A stretch of DNA of 63,180 bases, the filler included, from Octopus bimaculoides (lineage: Eukaryota), in NCBI RefSeq assembly GCF_001194135.2. It is 9 parts of 7 records of this genome, joined end to end, with 100 filler letters (N's around TTAATTAATTAA, not from the genome) between each part and the next. Parts side by side here need not be neighbours in the genome. Positions count along the whole stretch, not along the records: positions 11,648 to 38,752 come from NC_068997.1; positions 38,853 to 49,986 come from NC_068990.1; 7 more parts are not named here. One strand, 5' to 3'. The translations under genes were made by a program, and so were the position numbers. Of the stretch, positions 28,621 to 42,926 are shown piece by piece. Under the pieces are notes generated by a model. That model worked only from the letters and a program-made list of their open reading frames with translations, was not told the DNA's origin and ran no database searches. Each line of letters begins with the position of its first letter. Position 1 is the first letter of the stretch.

Positions 28621-31600
28621 GGTGGACTAGTCTTGTACCGAGGTCCATTCAATTAATTACACCTTCTCCTAAATTACATGAATTTGTGTCTATGGTAGGG
28701 ATTAATTATTATAGTGCATGCTGCACTGGATGTATGATGTTGGTGTGAATGAACGATGGAGCACAAATGAGCTGAACTGAGTAAAACTGAGCAAATGAGG
28801 AGACTGTGCTGGTACAGACAGGTGATGCATACATAATATAACAGTTGGATAGAAAGAAAAAAGCAAAATCTGCCAAGCAATTTAAGTTGTAAAAACTTGC
28901 ACAAAGCATGGGAAGAAGTGACAATGCTGAATGTCACAAAAGAGATAAGGGCCATGACAAACGATAAGGTGCTGTGCTATAGAAAACCCATTGAGACCAT
29001 GCTTGCATGGGAAAAGATGAACATCTGATGATCACAACAATCTTGTGCCTATGTTAGAATTTATTATAGGGATTTTCTTGTCCCATTATGAGAAAAATGC
29101 TGAGGGGTATTTCTGCTGACTCTTTATATGCTGAATTCAAATCAGTGACCAAGTCAGCTTTGCCTTTCAACCTTTAGGGGGGGTCAATAAAATATGTACT
29201 AGTCAAGTACTGAGATTGATGTCATCAACTTACCCCTCCCCTCAAAATTGCAGACTTTGTGCCAAAATTAGAAAGAATTATTGCTAACTGTATCTATTGA
29301 AATTTCACCATTACTTTGAAGACTACGGCTTTTAGAAGTTTAAGGAAACCTTGAAATCACATAATTTCATTTGAGGTTGTATTCTTTCTGAAACATTTGA
29401 TTCTCCAAAGTATTGAAAATGCTGTGTTAGGAAGGAACATCTTTGAAAATGATACGCTTTGTTATATGCTTCTCGTCTCTTCTACTTGAGAGCTGTTGGC
29501 TGTTATTTGTAGCTTTACATAAAAACAAAAATAAACAATTTTAACTAAGAAAAGAAATTGAAGACACAATCTATCTATAATATTACTCTGCTACAATAGA
29601 ACCATGTTGGTGAAGCTTTGATAAGTCTTAATACTCTTTGCTACATATTTCTATATCAGAAAAATGCATATAGCCAAAGTTGAACCTAAAGTCCAAGGGA
29701 TCAAACAACAGTAGCTGCCCCACAAGGCTGAGGATTCTCAAATATACCAATAATAAACACATTTACATGGCTTTTTGGCTGGTATCTTCTGCTATAAACT
29801 CTGATTGACAATTAGTAGACAGGAGCCCATTGGGTGTATGTGTGTGTATATATATATATTTAAAATGTGTGTGTATGTGTCTGGATAGACTTAGACTGCT
29901 TAGAGACTGGAGCTATTGTTTATGTCTTGCAACTTAGTAGCTCAGCAAATAGAGGTTGATAAAGTTAGTACCAGACTTTAATACATATTGGGGCTGATAT
30001 GAATGACTTAAACCTGCAAGATTATGCCCCAGCATGGCCAGGCACTTGTTTCAGCATGTATCTTTTCGATGTTCCTATAACTTTTTTTAGTATGCCTTTC
30101 TTCAGATTTGTATAGGTTATAGTTTGAACTTGCAAAAACAAAATTTTATTTTACACTTCTTATTTTCTCAATATAATTTTCTTCTTTTTTCTTTTTTAAT
30201 CAGAAACTGATTTTGATATGAGGATTTATAGCTTCAGTGCTTTTTTTGTATGTGTGTGTGTGTGTGTGTGTATATAAATATATTTTTGTTTGCACTTGAA
30301 GTATGTAAATATATATTTTGTCTGCATTTTCACTTCCATTTTCACTTTAATAAATTGAAACTGAAACAACAGCGCTTTTTTAAAAAAAATTTCAGAAAAA
30401 AAGTGAAACCACTCAATGCTTCCAAGTGTAAACAAAATATATTTATACACTTCAAAGGCTAACAAAATGTATTTAGATACAAGAAACAGTATTACAACTA
30501 TAAACAACAACAAAAAACATACTACAACTATAAATTATCTAACCTTTATCGGTTTCTGATTTAAACAAAAGAATTTTTTTCTGATTCTGAATCTTTGTCA
30601 AAACATAAATTCTGAAGACTTTTAAAAAAAAAAAAAAAAGAAGGCAAGGTTCATAAAAGTTTAATTCATGCTAAAATGAATCCATGATTATGGCTGCCAT
30701 CAAATAACTGAAATCAGAATAAATCTCTTGTATTTAATTTAAATATTTATCAGTTCTTACAAATAATATATTGTTATGCCTTTGATTCGGTTCCATAGTT
30801 CATTAGTCAATTACCTTATGAATAATTGAAGATTATGCTTTCAGCTTCATTCCACAGTTTATCTCATAAGTAATTCATGTCTACAGTGTCTTTCCATAGT
30901 TATAGATTTACTATATACATCAGGTGTTCTTACCCAGACTAGTAGTGCCTCACCCCTTTTGGGGGGTAGGTGGGAAAGGTAAATGTCAGGGAGACACTAC
31001 GGCAGGTGGTGGGTGTTTAAAAGGCTAGTTATAGTTGTTGGAAATAAAATACTTAAACCCAGTACAATGGCTTCCATTTAAAAGTAAATAAAAATAATAA
31101 AATAGAAATAAAAACAATACTAATATTTCAAACATATTTTCAAAAAATATCCGATAAGTGACAAGTGCTTGTTGAGATTTTGTTTTTAGGAGCAGAATAA
31201 TATTATTTATTCCTATTATTGTTATAACTTTTTTCTGTTGCTGTTGTTTTTGTGTTTGTTGTTGTGTGAAGTTATATAAAATACAAGTAAACTCAGGGTA
31301 AGCAAATTCTCAAATCCAGTTTCTATCCTTTAGTTGTTGCCATATTCACCTGATTCTGCTGATGCCCCCAAGAAAGCCATTAATGTCACTTCATTTCATT
31401 TCCTTTCCTATAAGCACCTGAGCCCTTTCCTTTTTGTAATAAATCCTTATTGTTAAATACTGATTCAATATAACAGTTTGGTTTTGTCCCTTTTGTTTCC
31501 ATGTTCACATCCTTGTCTTAATTAACTCTCCTTTTCACGCCTTCATAGTAAAAGAAAAATAGATGAGAAAAGTAACAGTAATATATTAATGTTGATTTTT

Positions 31601-32140
31601 CAGCTATTGGCTTTGTGCTAAAATGTGAAATCATTAAATTTTAATTCTGTTTATCATTCTGTTGGTAAGTTAGCACATACATTATGCTCTGCTGGACGCT
31701 TATCACTAAAAATTGGTTTGATTACTAAGGCAGCAAGCGAGCCAAACCATTAGCATACCAGACAAATGTTTAACCCATTTTTACCCAGGTTAACCCTGTT
31801 GAAATTTTGAAGATAGTTATATACATAGGTATAGCAAACATACAGAAGCATCTAGTTAACCTTTATTGCAGTAAATAAACCAAATACAAGTGTCCTCAAA
31901 CGAGGACAGTGGGTTAATATGGGTTAATGGCATTTCTTCCTGCCCTTTATGCTCTGGACTGCAGTCAACTTTGCCTTTTATCCTTATTGTGGTAAGATGA
32001 AATAGGTTATGTGCCTTTAATAGAAAGAATTATTAAGCAGCAAGCTGGCAGAATCATGGGCACTCTGGACAAAATGTATTTTGTCTGTTTTTACCTTCTG
32101 AAGGGCATCCGACTGTAGAAATGGAAAAGTGGACGTTTAA

Positions 32141-32355
32141 CCCTTTAGCATTTAAACCAGCAATATCCAGCCAAGATATTGTGCCTGTCTTTTGTTCAAA
32201 CTGGCCAGATCCAGCCTTTCACACCTATCTACTATGTCATTCTACAAATAAACAATCACATCATCAAAATCTCAAAGCTACAAGATAATGCAGTGTTCAT
32301 TGAAAAACAATGTGAATAAATAAGCATTTGATAGAATAATCTGAATGCCAAAGGG
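32141..32355. mobile_element. piggyBac-type MITE (family P2)
   Basis: TTAA|CCCTTTAGCATT...AATGCCAAAGGG|TTAG. Related copies at ~17586-17762 (inverted), ~25104-25240 and ~26259-26445. Confidence 0.75.
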
Positions 32356-34402
32356 TTAGGTAAGGATGATTTTGAATTTTAATTCTACATTATTATTGCT
32401 TATTAATTTACACCAAAATTCAGCAACACTGTCTAATCATTCTGCCTACCAGGTGTGGCCTATATATATTTCCCCATTTTTCATTTTATCATAGAATAGA
32501 AAGTTTTAGATTTTGATTAATGAAAGGCTCATGCCTTTGTGGTTGAGGTATTGCAGTTATGACCATAAGATTGTGGTTTCAATTTCTGGACCAGGGAAAA
32601 GTAAGTATTCTTGCAGTGGACCAGTGTCCCATCCAGGTGGGGCATATATATATATATATTCTCCAGAATCTGGGAAGCCAGCCTTATGAGCCTGTGGCTT
32701 TGGAAGGACCTTTGAACCTTTTTTGATTGAAAGTTTACCAGTTGATTGTTAGATTTATTGACAATATTCTACATTTCAAAATGGCCACCCTTTGCTTTCA
32801 TCGTAGCCCTTAATCTTTTCTCAACAGATAATGTGTAAATTATTATGTTTAAATAATGGGTATATAGCTATGCCATACCAGATACACACACAGGCACAAA
32901 TATTTCTACTCCATTTAGTATCTTTAATGTCTATATATGACCACCACCTCGTAAACAGTTTTGATGGATCCTACATAAATTGATTAGACAAAGCAATGGA
33001 GAGTGTTACCAAGTCTTCAGTTGTTGTTATTCACTCACTTGACTTGGTTTCTTTCTTATGCTTCAAGCAACAGATTATTTGATGTTTGTATTTCTGGAGA
33101 CCAATAAGTTCATTTCTTTATAGAGTTGTTGTCTTCTAATCTCTGGTCAGACCTGTTCAAACAGTCTTATAACCAGACATTCCGTCCTTGATCATTCTTG
33201 GTTGTTGTTGTTGTTGTTTTTTTGGGGGGGGGTCTCCTTTTTTCATATATAGTGTACCTAATGTGTATGTATATCCTTTCTTTCAATATGGTAGGGTGTG
33301 ATTTGGCTCATATTTGTAGCCATTTGAACAATTGCATGGAGACATCCCATCCAATCTGATAAGCTTATTTGACAAGAATTGTTGATTGAGCTGTAAAGAG
33401 TGCTAGTGCAGAGTGTGGATTATTATCTTAAGTGATCACCCACCCTAATCAATATTATAGGATTAAAACTCTCTCTCTCTCTCTCTCAAATCTATTTGCA
33501 CACCTACACCACATGCATAACATTCCTTGATGCGGAATTGGTGTCACCTAAAAATCTTATATCAACCAGTATCAGACAAAATTGAATGTTAAGTGTGTGG
33601 TTGTGTCTTTTAACATTATTTATATATGTGTATGTATATATATATTATGGAGATGTACTTGCATAGCAAGTGACCTGATCTGAGATCGTGTGCTGGAACG
33701 AATATATATATATTCCTGTTGTGCATTCAAGTTTCCTTTTTGACATGGAAATGTAATGGATTCCTTTTTTTATTTTCCTTTTTTGTATTTTTTTGCATTT
33801 TTGTGGCTGTGTGTAATTTGTTCATCCATATCTGCTGTTATGTAATTTGTGGTATTATTTCTACAGATGAATTGATGTAATTTCAGTTAAATTATCATCG
33901 TTTTGTTGTATCCATCTCTGTTGGAGGGAACCTGGTTTGATGTATGTGTGTACATGCATGCATCGCTGTGTTTGTCTATGTGTACACATGCACACATCTG
34001 CCCACTTATTTTCATGTATTTTCATGAAGATTTCAGCATCTTGGTCTCTAATCATTTCCAGGTGACACTATTAAACACTATTTTGTCTGTTTTTAGCTAT
34101 TGTCCATTAACTAGATATCATCATCATCATCATCATCATCAACCCCTGAACTTTACTACCTCAAATCCCATGACTCGTAATTGTCAGTTACCGGGTTTCT
34201 GTAATGTGTGAGTAACTGAGATCACAACATTCCACAACTGAGTGGGATGCCAGTCTGTTACGGGATTCCTCGTTTTTTACCAGTTGAGTGGACTCGAACA
34301 ATGTGAAATGAAGTGTTTTGCTCAAGAATACAGTGCCCTGCTCAGTCTGGGAATTGAAACCAATATCTTGAAACACCCTGCCCGCTAGGTCATGCGGCTT
34401 CA

Positions 34403-34721
34403 TTTTTACTACATATCACGTGATCGACCAGACTGTCAGATGTTGTTGCACATCGCCGGTCACAATGCACTTCACATTGCTTTTAGCTTTCTTTTAAATG
34501 GTGCCACCCTGCTAGCCAGGCAAACAGGCCAACATTCTGCCCCTCCCCAAATCAGAAGGCTAGTCTGTCACAGGGTTGCCCACTTGTGGCTGAGTGGACT
34601 GAAGCAGCATGAAATAAAGTGATCTGCACAAGAACACTATGAACAGCTAAGCCTGGGTATTGAATTCCTGATCCAGTGACCATGAGTGCAACACCCTAAC
34701 CACTGGGCCATGTGCCTTCAC
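34403..34721 (-). mobile_element. tRNA-derived SINE (family D-related), near full length
   Basis: Minus strand GTGAAGGCACATGGCCCAGTGGTTAGGG...AATTCAATACCC head. Related pieces at ~11268-11399 (-), 34240-34390 (-) and 32525-32640 (+). Confidence 0.65.
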
Positions 34722-37027
34722 GTTACTGGATATAGTTTGCTGTAATTCTGTCATAGCCTCCAGAACGCTACATTGATGCTGTTCCCTGTTGCCTTCTGTT
34801 AAGTATGAAGCCTTAGAATGTTTTGTTTGAAGTGTCAAGTTGGGAGTTCTCGTTATCGAGGGCATTAATTACATTAAATGAAAAATGCCATGAAATTACT
34901 CTGACTCAGTTCCAAAGATTGAGTCAAAAACTTTGCTGTCTGAGGAATTTGTTCTGTGTTTGGAATTGGAATGAAAATACTTATGTCCCAATTGTTGATT
35001 CGGTGTATTTCTGTGGATCAACTAACTTTGGAGTTCTTGAAGTTAATATCAGAATTGTGCTTCAAATAAGGGGTACAATGCATACTGGTTGACTGTCTCG
35101 AGTTATTGAAGAGATACAGTTAGTATAATTGCTCAGAGTTGAAATCTTACAATTGACAATCACATGAGATGCTTTCTGAAGAAACCAAAGACGAAGTTTT
35201 GCAATGGAAGTGTTTACAATTTCTTAAACTTATTCCAGTATGTATCACTGATATTTTATTTCATCACTTGTGAAGGATGAAAGGCAAGTAAAACTTGTGG
35301 AATTTGAAGTTGGGATGCAGAGAGAACTATGTAAGGTAATTTAGTCAGGGGTTCTACCTTTTCTGCCGAAGCACCACCACCAATACAAGTGTCACCATCA
35401 CAACTTGTCGACCAATCTGTTTTCAATTTCATACTCCTGTCGTAATCATGGCCAGATGGAGAGAAGCAGAGACAGGTTATGAATGAGAGGATGGAGAGAG
35501 GTAATGTTACAGACTTTACCAGCATTGGTGTACCGTCTTATGACATCTCTCTTTAGTCTACTAAGAACTACTAGTTGCCTGCATGGCATATTTACCGAAG
35601 AGCAGTCAGTGTAACAGACATGCTTTACAATTACAAGAAGTATATGTAAGTATATGTTAGTCAGCCATTACACAGCATTACCCAATAGCTGTGAACTGTG
35701 AAAAGAGTTAACTCATTGACAAGACTTACAGTTGGAAAACAGTGGTGGCGGTGGCAGCGGCCACGATGATGATGGCAGCTACTGCTGCTGCTGCTGCAGT
35801 AGTAGTAGTGGTAGTGGTAGTAGTTGCAGCAGTTGTTACACGGTGATGCAAGCAGCTATAGACTTCAAAGGTTTATTGACTTGAAGTAACAATTATAATC
35901 AATCATGAAATACCTGCAGTTTTTAGTTTTAGATGTGTTACATGAGACCTAGATCAATTGGTGGGCAAGTGATTGATGGATATTGATGGCTGAAAAGTTG
36001 CCCATTGGTCACTTCAAATGGACCACAACACACACACACACACACCTGCTAATGCAGTCTAGAAAATGCACATGCACTACAGTTGTTCTATCCTGAACGT
36101 TGCCCACCTGCGCATGGCATTGACACTAATAATAAATAGCAACAATGATAATGATAATTATGGATTAGACTTTGGATTTAATCAATTTAATTGATATTAA
36201 TACTTATTTTCATTGATCCGTGATGAATAAAAGAACAAGTCAACCCTTACCAAGACTTGAGCTCTGAAAATAAAGGGGATGCGATTTAGACATTGCCCAA
36301 TACACTTGTAGAACTGTGCTGATTCTGTCACCCAGTGCTGTCTTGGCAGAACACCTAGTCTAGTACAGTGCTGCTTAACCCTTTTTTTTTTTTTGCAGTG
36401 CCCCCACCCTACTTTGAAGTAGTTATTATGCCTAGCACCCACCTAAGTGGTGAGTGAAGTGTCACAACTAAACTAAGTTAACATGGATGGTAATTCGTAA
36501 ATCTAACTCTAAAGATGATGATGTGTGTGTGTGTATATATATATAAATATATACACACATATATACATATAATAAAGATGGAGTGTGTATGCTTTTAACA
36601 GTGGAATGGTAAAAAATTTTAGAGTGTGCTGGGTGCTTTTTATGTGGACAGTTTGGGTTGAGCTGGCAAGCTGAAGAACTGCATCAGGCCCCCAACTTTC
36701 TGTTTTGGCCTGGTCTCTATGACTGGATGCCCTTCCTAACACCAACCACTTTACAGAATGTGTTCAGTGCTGTTACGTGGCGCTGTGCGTATGATTATAT
36801 TGTGTGTAATATAATTACTAGTTAATTATATAATTACTACTATAGGTAAAATTTAGTATGTTACCCCAATAGCCTGATGCCTCCTTCGACATTCCCAGAG
36901 CCCTATTGGGGGTGGTACCACCCACGATGAGAACCCCTAGTCTAAGTTCTACAGCAATTCTCTCTATCCTCTAGTGCTCTCTTGCTAGATGAATTATAAA
37001 AATGTCTTAACATTCTAATGTTTAAAT

Positions 37028-37312
37028 CAGGGTTCCTCAATCATTTTCTCTTTATGAACCCCTTTGATTACTAATTTATTCTGGTTGACCCCATAACCAT
37101 TTGATGTTTAAAAACTAGTTTTACAGAAACTTTTTTTCAAAATTCCAATATTGTTATTCACATATTAATTTGTGTGGGTTCAACTTGCAATATATACATC
37201 TATGGCAAAAATTTTTCCAGGGGCCCTCAGAAGACTATTGTGGGTCCCCAATTTACTATTTTGCTGCGTGGACCCCCTAAAATCTCATATGAACCCTGGT
37301 TGAGAACCACTA
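37028..37312. mobile_element. hAT-type MITE 77 bp upstream of the terminal JNK exon
   Basis: Ends CAGGGTTCCTCAA... and ...GGTTGAGAACCACTA. 8-bp TSD GTTTAAAT / GTCTAAAT with one mismatch. Confidence 0.7.
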
Positions 37313-37389
37313 GTCTAAATTGTACTATTTTTTCGTTGTGTGTCTATATGTTACATGTATATTCTTTTTTTTTTCTTCTTTCATTTCAG

Positions 37390-37463
37390 ATGGACCAACA
37401 AATGACTCTGCCCCTAAGGACAGTGTAGCAACAGGCTCTCCAGGTCAGAACAGGCATCGGTGA
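37390..37463 (+). CDS. JNK: Probable terminal JNK coding exon (C-terminal tail and stop)
   Basis: Strong polypyrimidine acceptor ttttttttttcttctttcatttcag|AT. The phase-1 join gives (D)GPTNDSAPKDSVATGSPGQNRHR* with TGA at 37461-37463. It is on the same segment as the other exons. The tail is poorly conserved, so the assignment rests on the splice signal, the phase and a recalled molluscan-type RHR ending. Confidence 0.72.
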
Positions 37464-37471
37464 CTGCTGTG

Positions 37472-37504
<33 letters not shown>

Positions 37505-37515
37505 ATGTATATATG

Positions 37516-37547
<32 letters not shown>

Positions 37548-38144
37548 CACACACACTCTCTTTCTCTCACACACATACACAAATATATATATATACACAC
37601 ACACATACAAACATACACAATGTAAAAATACTACAGGCATAATTTATTTGGGCTGACGAGCTGTTGCCTCCACCACCACTACCATTACTACTACTTCTAC
37701 TACTACTACTACTCTTACTACTACTACTACTACTACTACCACCTGTGCTGCACACTACTACTTCTACTTCGACTACTATTATTACTACTACTACTATGTT
37801 AGAGGTTGTCCCTCCCCATCACCACCACACCACTACCACCACCACGACCACCCTACTCTTACTGCAACCACTAATTCCTTTGACATCCTTTTCGTCACCA
37901 CTCATTGTCTCTCTCTCTGTTATTATTATTATTATTGTTGTTGTTGTTGTTGTCTCTCTTCCTCTTTTTACTGTCAACTGCCACCTACCTACCTACCTAC
38001 TTATGTACAGCTGTGAAGGAATCATCATCATCATCGTGGTCATCTGTGAGAAGACACCTAACAAAAACAAGGGAACTTACTAGAAACAGCAGCCAAGTCC
38101 CCTCTTGATAAAGAGAACAATGCATAACCTTTATGTCATCACTT

Positions 38145-38150
38145 AATAAA
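38145..38150 (+). promoter_or_regulatory. Possible polyadenylation signal of JNK
   Basis: AATAAA ~680 nt after the putative stop. The hexamer is common in this AT-rich DNA. Confidence 0.2.
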
Positions 38151-38852
38151 AACAACAGCCAAATCTCCCTTTGGTAGAGAGAAGGACATATTGGATAGCC
38201 TCTGTGTCATCGCTTGACATTGTAGAAGTAGCAGCCAAATATCCCTTTGGTAAAGAGAAGGACACTTTGGATAAGATAGTCCTACATAGCCTGCTAAAAA
38301 CACAGGATGGTTGTGGCTGGAATGTTTTTGATTATAGGTCTACTCAATCAGGCCTGACCTTGGGCTAAACAATTACAACAACAGCAACCTTTAGCATCAC
38401 CGCTGCCACCACCGCTACCAACAACAACAACAACATGACTGGACTGTGAGACATGAGACTGGCTACAAGGGCAAAAACATATCATTCCTGGTAATGAACT
38501 AAGTTGATGATGAAGATGATGATGATAGCGGATGATTCTGTCCACATCATTTGCTTCCTCCTTCACTCCTGTCAATAGACTGCAGGCATCTTGTTATCAA
38601 ACTTGTTGATGTCATAATCAGTGTTTTAGCCATTAAGTTCTAAGGTGACTTATTCATTTAGCTATTATTTATGTATCCACTTCTCTAAGACACCTCTCTC
38701 TCTCTCTCTCTCTCTCTCTCCCTATATATATATACATATATATATATATATANNNNNNNNNNNNNNNNNNNNNNNNNNNNNNNNNNNNNNNNNNNNTTAA
38801 TTAATTAANNNNNNNNNNNNNNNNNNNNNNNNNNNNNNNNNNNNNNNNNNNN

Positions 38853-40277
38853 ATGGAGAAGCGAACCTTTCGTAGCCACTCAAGAGCGGGAGTAGATCTC
38901 TTGGCCCTTTTAACCGAGTTTCAGTATCAACAATGACATCTAAACCTTGTGCCCTGACGTCATTTAGGAAACGTCCTTGCTTCCAGCTCGACGCCAGGCC
39001 ACGTACATTTATGCATCCTACGTGAACAGCCATTAAAGTGACGTACCTTATTCGATGTCTGGAGGCGGAGGGTTACCCGCCTCCTTTTCTTTTTCTCGGG
39101 CTCGCGTTGTCGGAGTAATGAGACCCTCATATAAATTATCGGTAATGTCCAATCTGGGAGGGCCTAAATCCTTGCGAAAATCGTTAGCTAAAATGTTATT
39201 GTTTTTTTCTATTAGTCTTAAAGATGTCATAACCATCCTTATTTTCAGTGTTGTTTTTTATTTTTTTCAGCATGCATTACTGCCAGCCGGTTCGCTAGCT
39301 CTTGATTCGAGCTGCGAACTGCTATGTAGCAGTTTTCTTCGTCTTTCTTTCTATCTTCCTCTTTCTTTCTAGGTTTTTTTAGCTTGTCTTTCGTCGCTTG
39401 TTTTTTTTGTCTTTTCCTTTGCGGGGGAGGGTGGATTTATTTTCCTCTTGTGGGTTACTGTGTTCCACCCCTCACCTGCTTTTTCTTCTGGTAAAGGTGT
39501 TTGTTCCGCCGGCGTTACAGTTATTTCTTCTTGCTCCTTTGCTTTCTTTTTCTCGTTCTCCTTACAGTCCGCCCTGACGTGGCCCTTTTTACCACACTGG
39601 AAGCAACGAAGTTGGCGACCTTCTACCACGACTACAAGTCGGTACTCACCAACCTAGATAATTTCTGTTATTTTTTCCAGCGTGGTCTGTTCCGTTTGTA
39701 TAATAATTTTCAGGTTCTGGCCATGCCAGTTGCGTGACTCCATCACGGCAGCTTCCAATACAGTTATTTTTATCTTCTAGTCCCATAGTAACTCTCGTGA
39801 CGAGCCACTCTGGGTCCACCTCAGGGGGAAAGTTACTTACTGTCACTCTTGAAGTTCTTCTGCCCATATATATGGGCAGAAGCACCACCTCTTCTGTTCT
39901 CAATGGGTCAACCGAATGGAGTCGCGCCGCTTCCTCCGACTCCATTCTTACTTCGACCGTAGCATACCGCCTACCTCTATTAACATATCTTACTTGGTGC
40001 CATATAGGCTTTAAACATTTTTCTATCTCACTTTCCACGACGTATTCTATTTTTCTCTTTAACCTTGTAGGTTTTAAAAATTATCGTTTTCTTTTCAACA
40101 TCTTGTTGGATTTCTTTTGGAGGGGCTACCTTGACTTCATTCCCCTCCTTCGACATTATTTCCTTGTGTTTCTCCAATTTTTTTAAGTCCAAAAGTCTAA
40201 TTTTTGTGCCAGCCACAGCAGCAAAGTCTAATTTTCTCGTTTGTTTTTTCTCATTTTTTTCATCTATCTTAGCTTTT
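38853..40277 (-). mobile_element. Tx1/L1-clade LINE: disrupted ORF1 (zinc knuckle) and start of ORF2 (APE)
   Basis: ORF1 pieces include VEGRQLRCFQCGKKGHVRADC (CX2CX4HX4C), with frameshifts near 40060 and 39770 and an in-frame TAG near 39656. ORF2 starts at 39033 with MAVHVGCINVRGL...DVIVDTETRL (APE N-terminus NVRGL / ET). Both ends are cut by Ns. Confidence 0.87.
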
Positions 40278-41273
40278 NNNNNNNNNNNNNNNNNNNNNNN
40301 NNNNNNNNNNNNNNNNNNNNNNNNNNNNNNNNNNNNNNNNNNNNNNNNNNNNNNNNNNNNNNNNNNNNNNNNNNNNNNNNNNNNNNNNNNNNNNNNNNNN
40401 NNNNNNNNNNNNNNNNNNNNNNNNNNNNNNNNNNNNNNNNNNNNNNNNNNNNNNNNNNNNNNNNNNNNNNNNNNNNNNNNNNNNNNNNNNNNNNNNNNNN
40501 NNNNNNNNNNNNNNNNNNNNNNNNNNNNNNNNNNNNNNNNNNNNNNNNNNNNNNNNNNNNNNNNNNNNNNNNNNNNNNNNNNNNNNNNNNNNNNNNNNNN
40601 NNNNNNNNNNNNNNNNNNNNNNNNNNNNNNNNNNNNNNNNNNNNNNNNNNNNNNNNNNNNNNNNNNNNNNNNNNNNNNNNNNNNNNNNNNNNNNNNNNNN
40701 NNNNNNNNNNNNNNNNNNNNNNNNNNNNNNNNNNNNNNNNNNNNNNNNNNNNNNNNNNNNNNNNNNNNNNNNNNNNNNNNNNNNNNNNNNNNNNNNNNNN
40801 NNNNNNNNNNNNNNNNNNNNNNNNNNNNNNNNNNNNNNNNNNNNNNNNNNNNNNNNNNNNNNNNNNNNNNNNNNNNNNNNNNNNNNNNNNNNNNNNNNNN
40901 NNNNNNNNNNNNNNNNNNNNNNNNNNNNNNNNNNNNNNNNNNNNNNNNNNNNNNNNNNNNNNNNNNNNNNNNNNNNNNNNNNNNNNNNNNNNNNNNNNNN
41001 NNNNNNNNNNNNNNNNNNNNNNNNNNNNNNNNNNNNNNNNNNNNNNNNNNNNNNNNNNNNNNNNNNNNNNNNNNNNNNNNNNNNNNNNNNNNNNNNNNNN
41101 NNNNNNNNNNNNNNNNNNNNNNNNNNNNNNNNNNNNNNNNNNNNNNNNNNNNNNNNNNNNNNNNNNNNNNNNNNNNNNNNNNNNNNNNNNNNNNNNNNNN
41201 NNNNNNNNNNNNNNNNNNNNNNNNNNNNNNNNNNNNNNNNNNNNNNNNNNNNNNNNNNNNNNNNNNNNNNNNN

Positions 41274-42845
41274 TCTGTTGTTATTCCATAGTGTCGGCAT
41301 AGCTTCCAGTGTATGTAGGTCCCAGCCCTGTCGTGTCTGTGAATATATTCCTTCTTAGCCAGGACTGGGCAGCCAGAGATAATATGATTTATTGTTTCTT
41401 GTCCATCGCCACATATTCTACAGTTACTTGTTATGTTTCTTTTCATTATATGTTTTTGGTAATTTCTGGTGGGGAGGCTTTGGTCTTGTGCAGCAATTAA
41501 AAATCCTTCAGTCTCTGCTTTGAGTCCTGAGCTTCTCAACCATTGCTGGGATTTTTCTCTGTCTATTTCTTTTGCATTTAGTTTAGCCCAGTATTTGCCA
41601 TGAAGGGGCTTTTCTAGCTATCATTTTGTCATGGTCCGTTGCTGTTCTAGTTTTAGTTTGGATCTCATTTGTTTTATAGCTTTTGTTGTTTCTTCTTCTT
41701 CATATTTGTTAGGTAGTATGATTTCTTGTTTGTATTTGTCAGCTTCCATAAATACTGGAAACAGTTTATTGCTTTGCTCGTGTTTTTCGGCAATTTCCAT
41801 TAGTTTTCCTTGCTTCTGAAGTAAGTATTTTTGCAGTCATATGGTGGTTATTTTATAATAATTTTCCAGCTGTATAAGGCCTCTACCACCTTCTGTGCGT
41901 TGTATATATAGCCTTTCTATGTCAGATTTTGGGTGATGCATCCTAGATCCTGTCATTATTTTTCTTGTTTTTTTCCTGTCTATTATGGTGTCATTTAGTG
42001 TCCAGTTAAGGATATTGTAGCTGTAACTTATGACTGGGACGGCTAAAGTGTTAATACCTATTATCTTGTTTTTAGCATTGAGCTCTGTTTTCAGTATTGA
42101 TCTAACTCGTCTATAGTATTCTTTCTTTATTTTCTCTTTCATTTGTGTATGTTGTATCCTATTTAGTTCATTGATTCCTAAATATTTGTATGTCTGGATT
42201 TGGTCTAATTCTCTTATTTCATTGGCTTTATCTAGTGTGATATTGCTATTCTTAGCTAGTTTTCCTCTTTTCGGGATTGCTTTGGCACATTTTTCTATAC
42301 GCTACAATTGTTCTATTTCTATTTCTGATATTTTTTTTTGCTTTGAGAATATATCTTCGTATGTTAGCTAGTTTATTAGGGTTCTTTTCTGTATCCAAGT
42401 CTTTATTTGGGTTATTTTTCTTCCATATTTTATATGTATATGTTGTTGAGTTTTCGTCCTTTGGGTAGAGCACTGCTGTAAAATAAGTGTGTAGGATTGA
42501 AATATATTCCTCACGTGTCTATTTATGCCTTTTTGGTTTTATTTGCGGGACATGAGGAACAACGTCCGGCCCTTTATTTTGACGGTCATCATTTTCGTAG
42601 AGTATCGGTCCGTTCATTTCTGTTTTGCGCATATAATTTTTCGTACTTTTTATGTAACAAGTTTAAAGTACGCACTTCCCGATTGTTATTCTTGAGTTGA
42701 ATAATACCAGTATTATTTAATTTATTTGTAATTTTTTTGTACATGGTGTTTTGAGCCGGAGATGTTCTGGTGTTGATCGATCGTAATGTATCAAGCGTGT
42801 TTACATGTGCTGTGTGAGCAGTGGGGATGATATCCTGTTAAAATA
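41274..42845 (-). mobile_element. R4/Dong-like RLE retrotransposon copy A (internally deleted)
   Basis: N-terminal PKRHK*TREEYISIL...KLANIRRYIL, then IEKCAK...YKYLG...KEYYRRVRSILKTELNAKNK...GGRGL...ETEGFLIAAQDQ...CRICGDGQETINHIISGC...RHD. The 3' end is in an N gap. Confidence 0.85.
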
Positions 42846-42852
42846 CATCATT

Positions 42853-42854
<2 letters not shown>

Positions 42855-42926
<72 letters not shown>

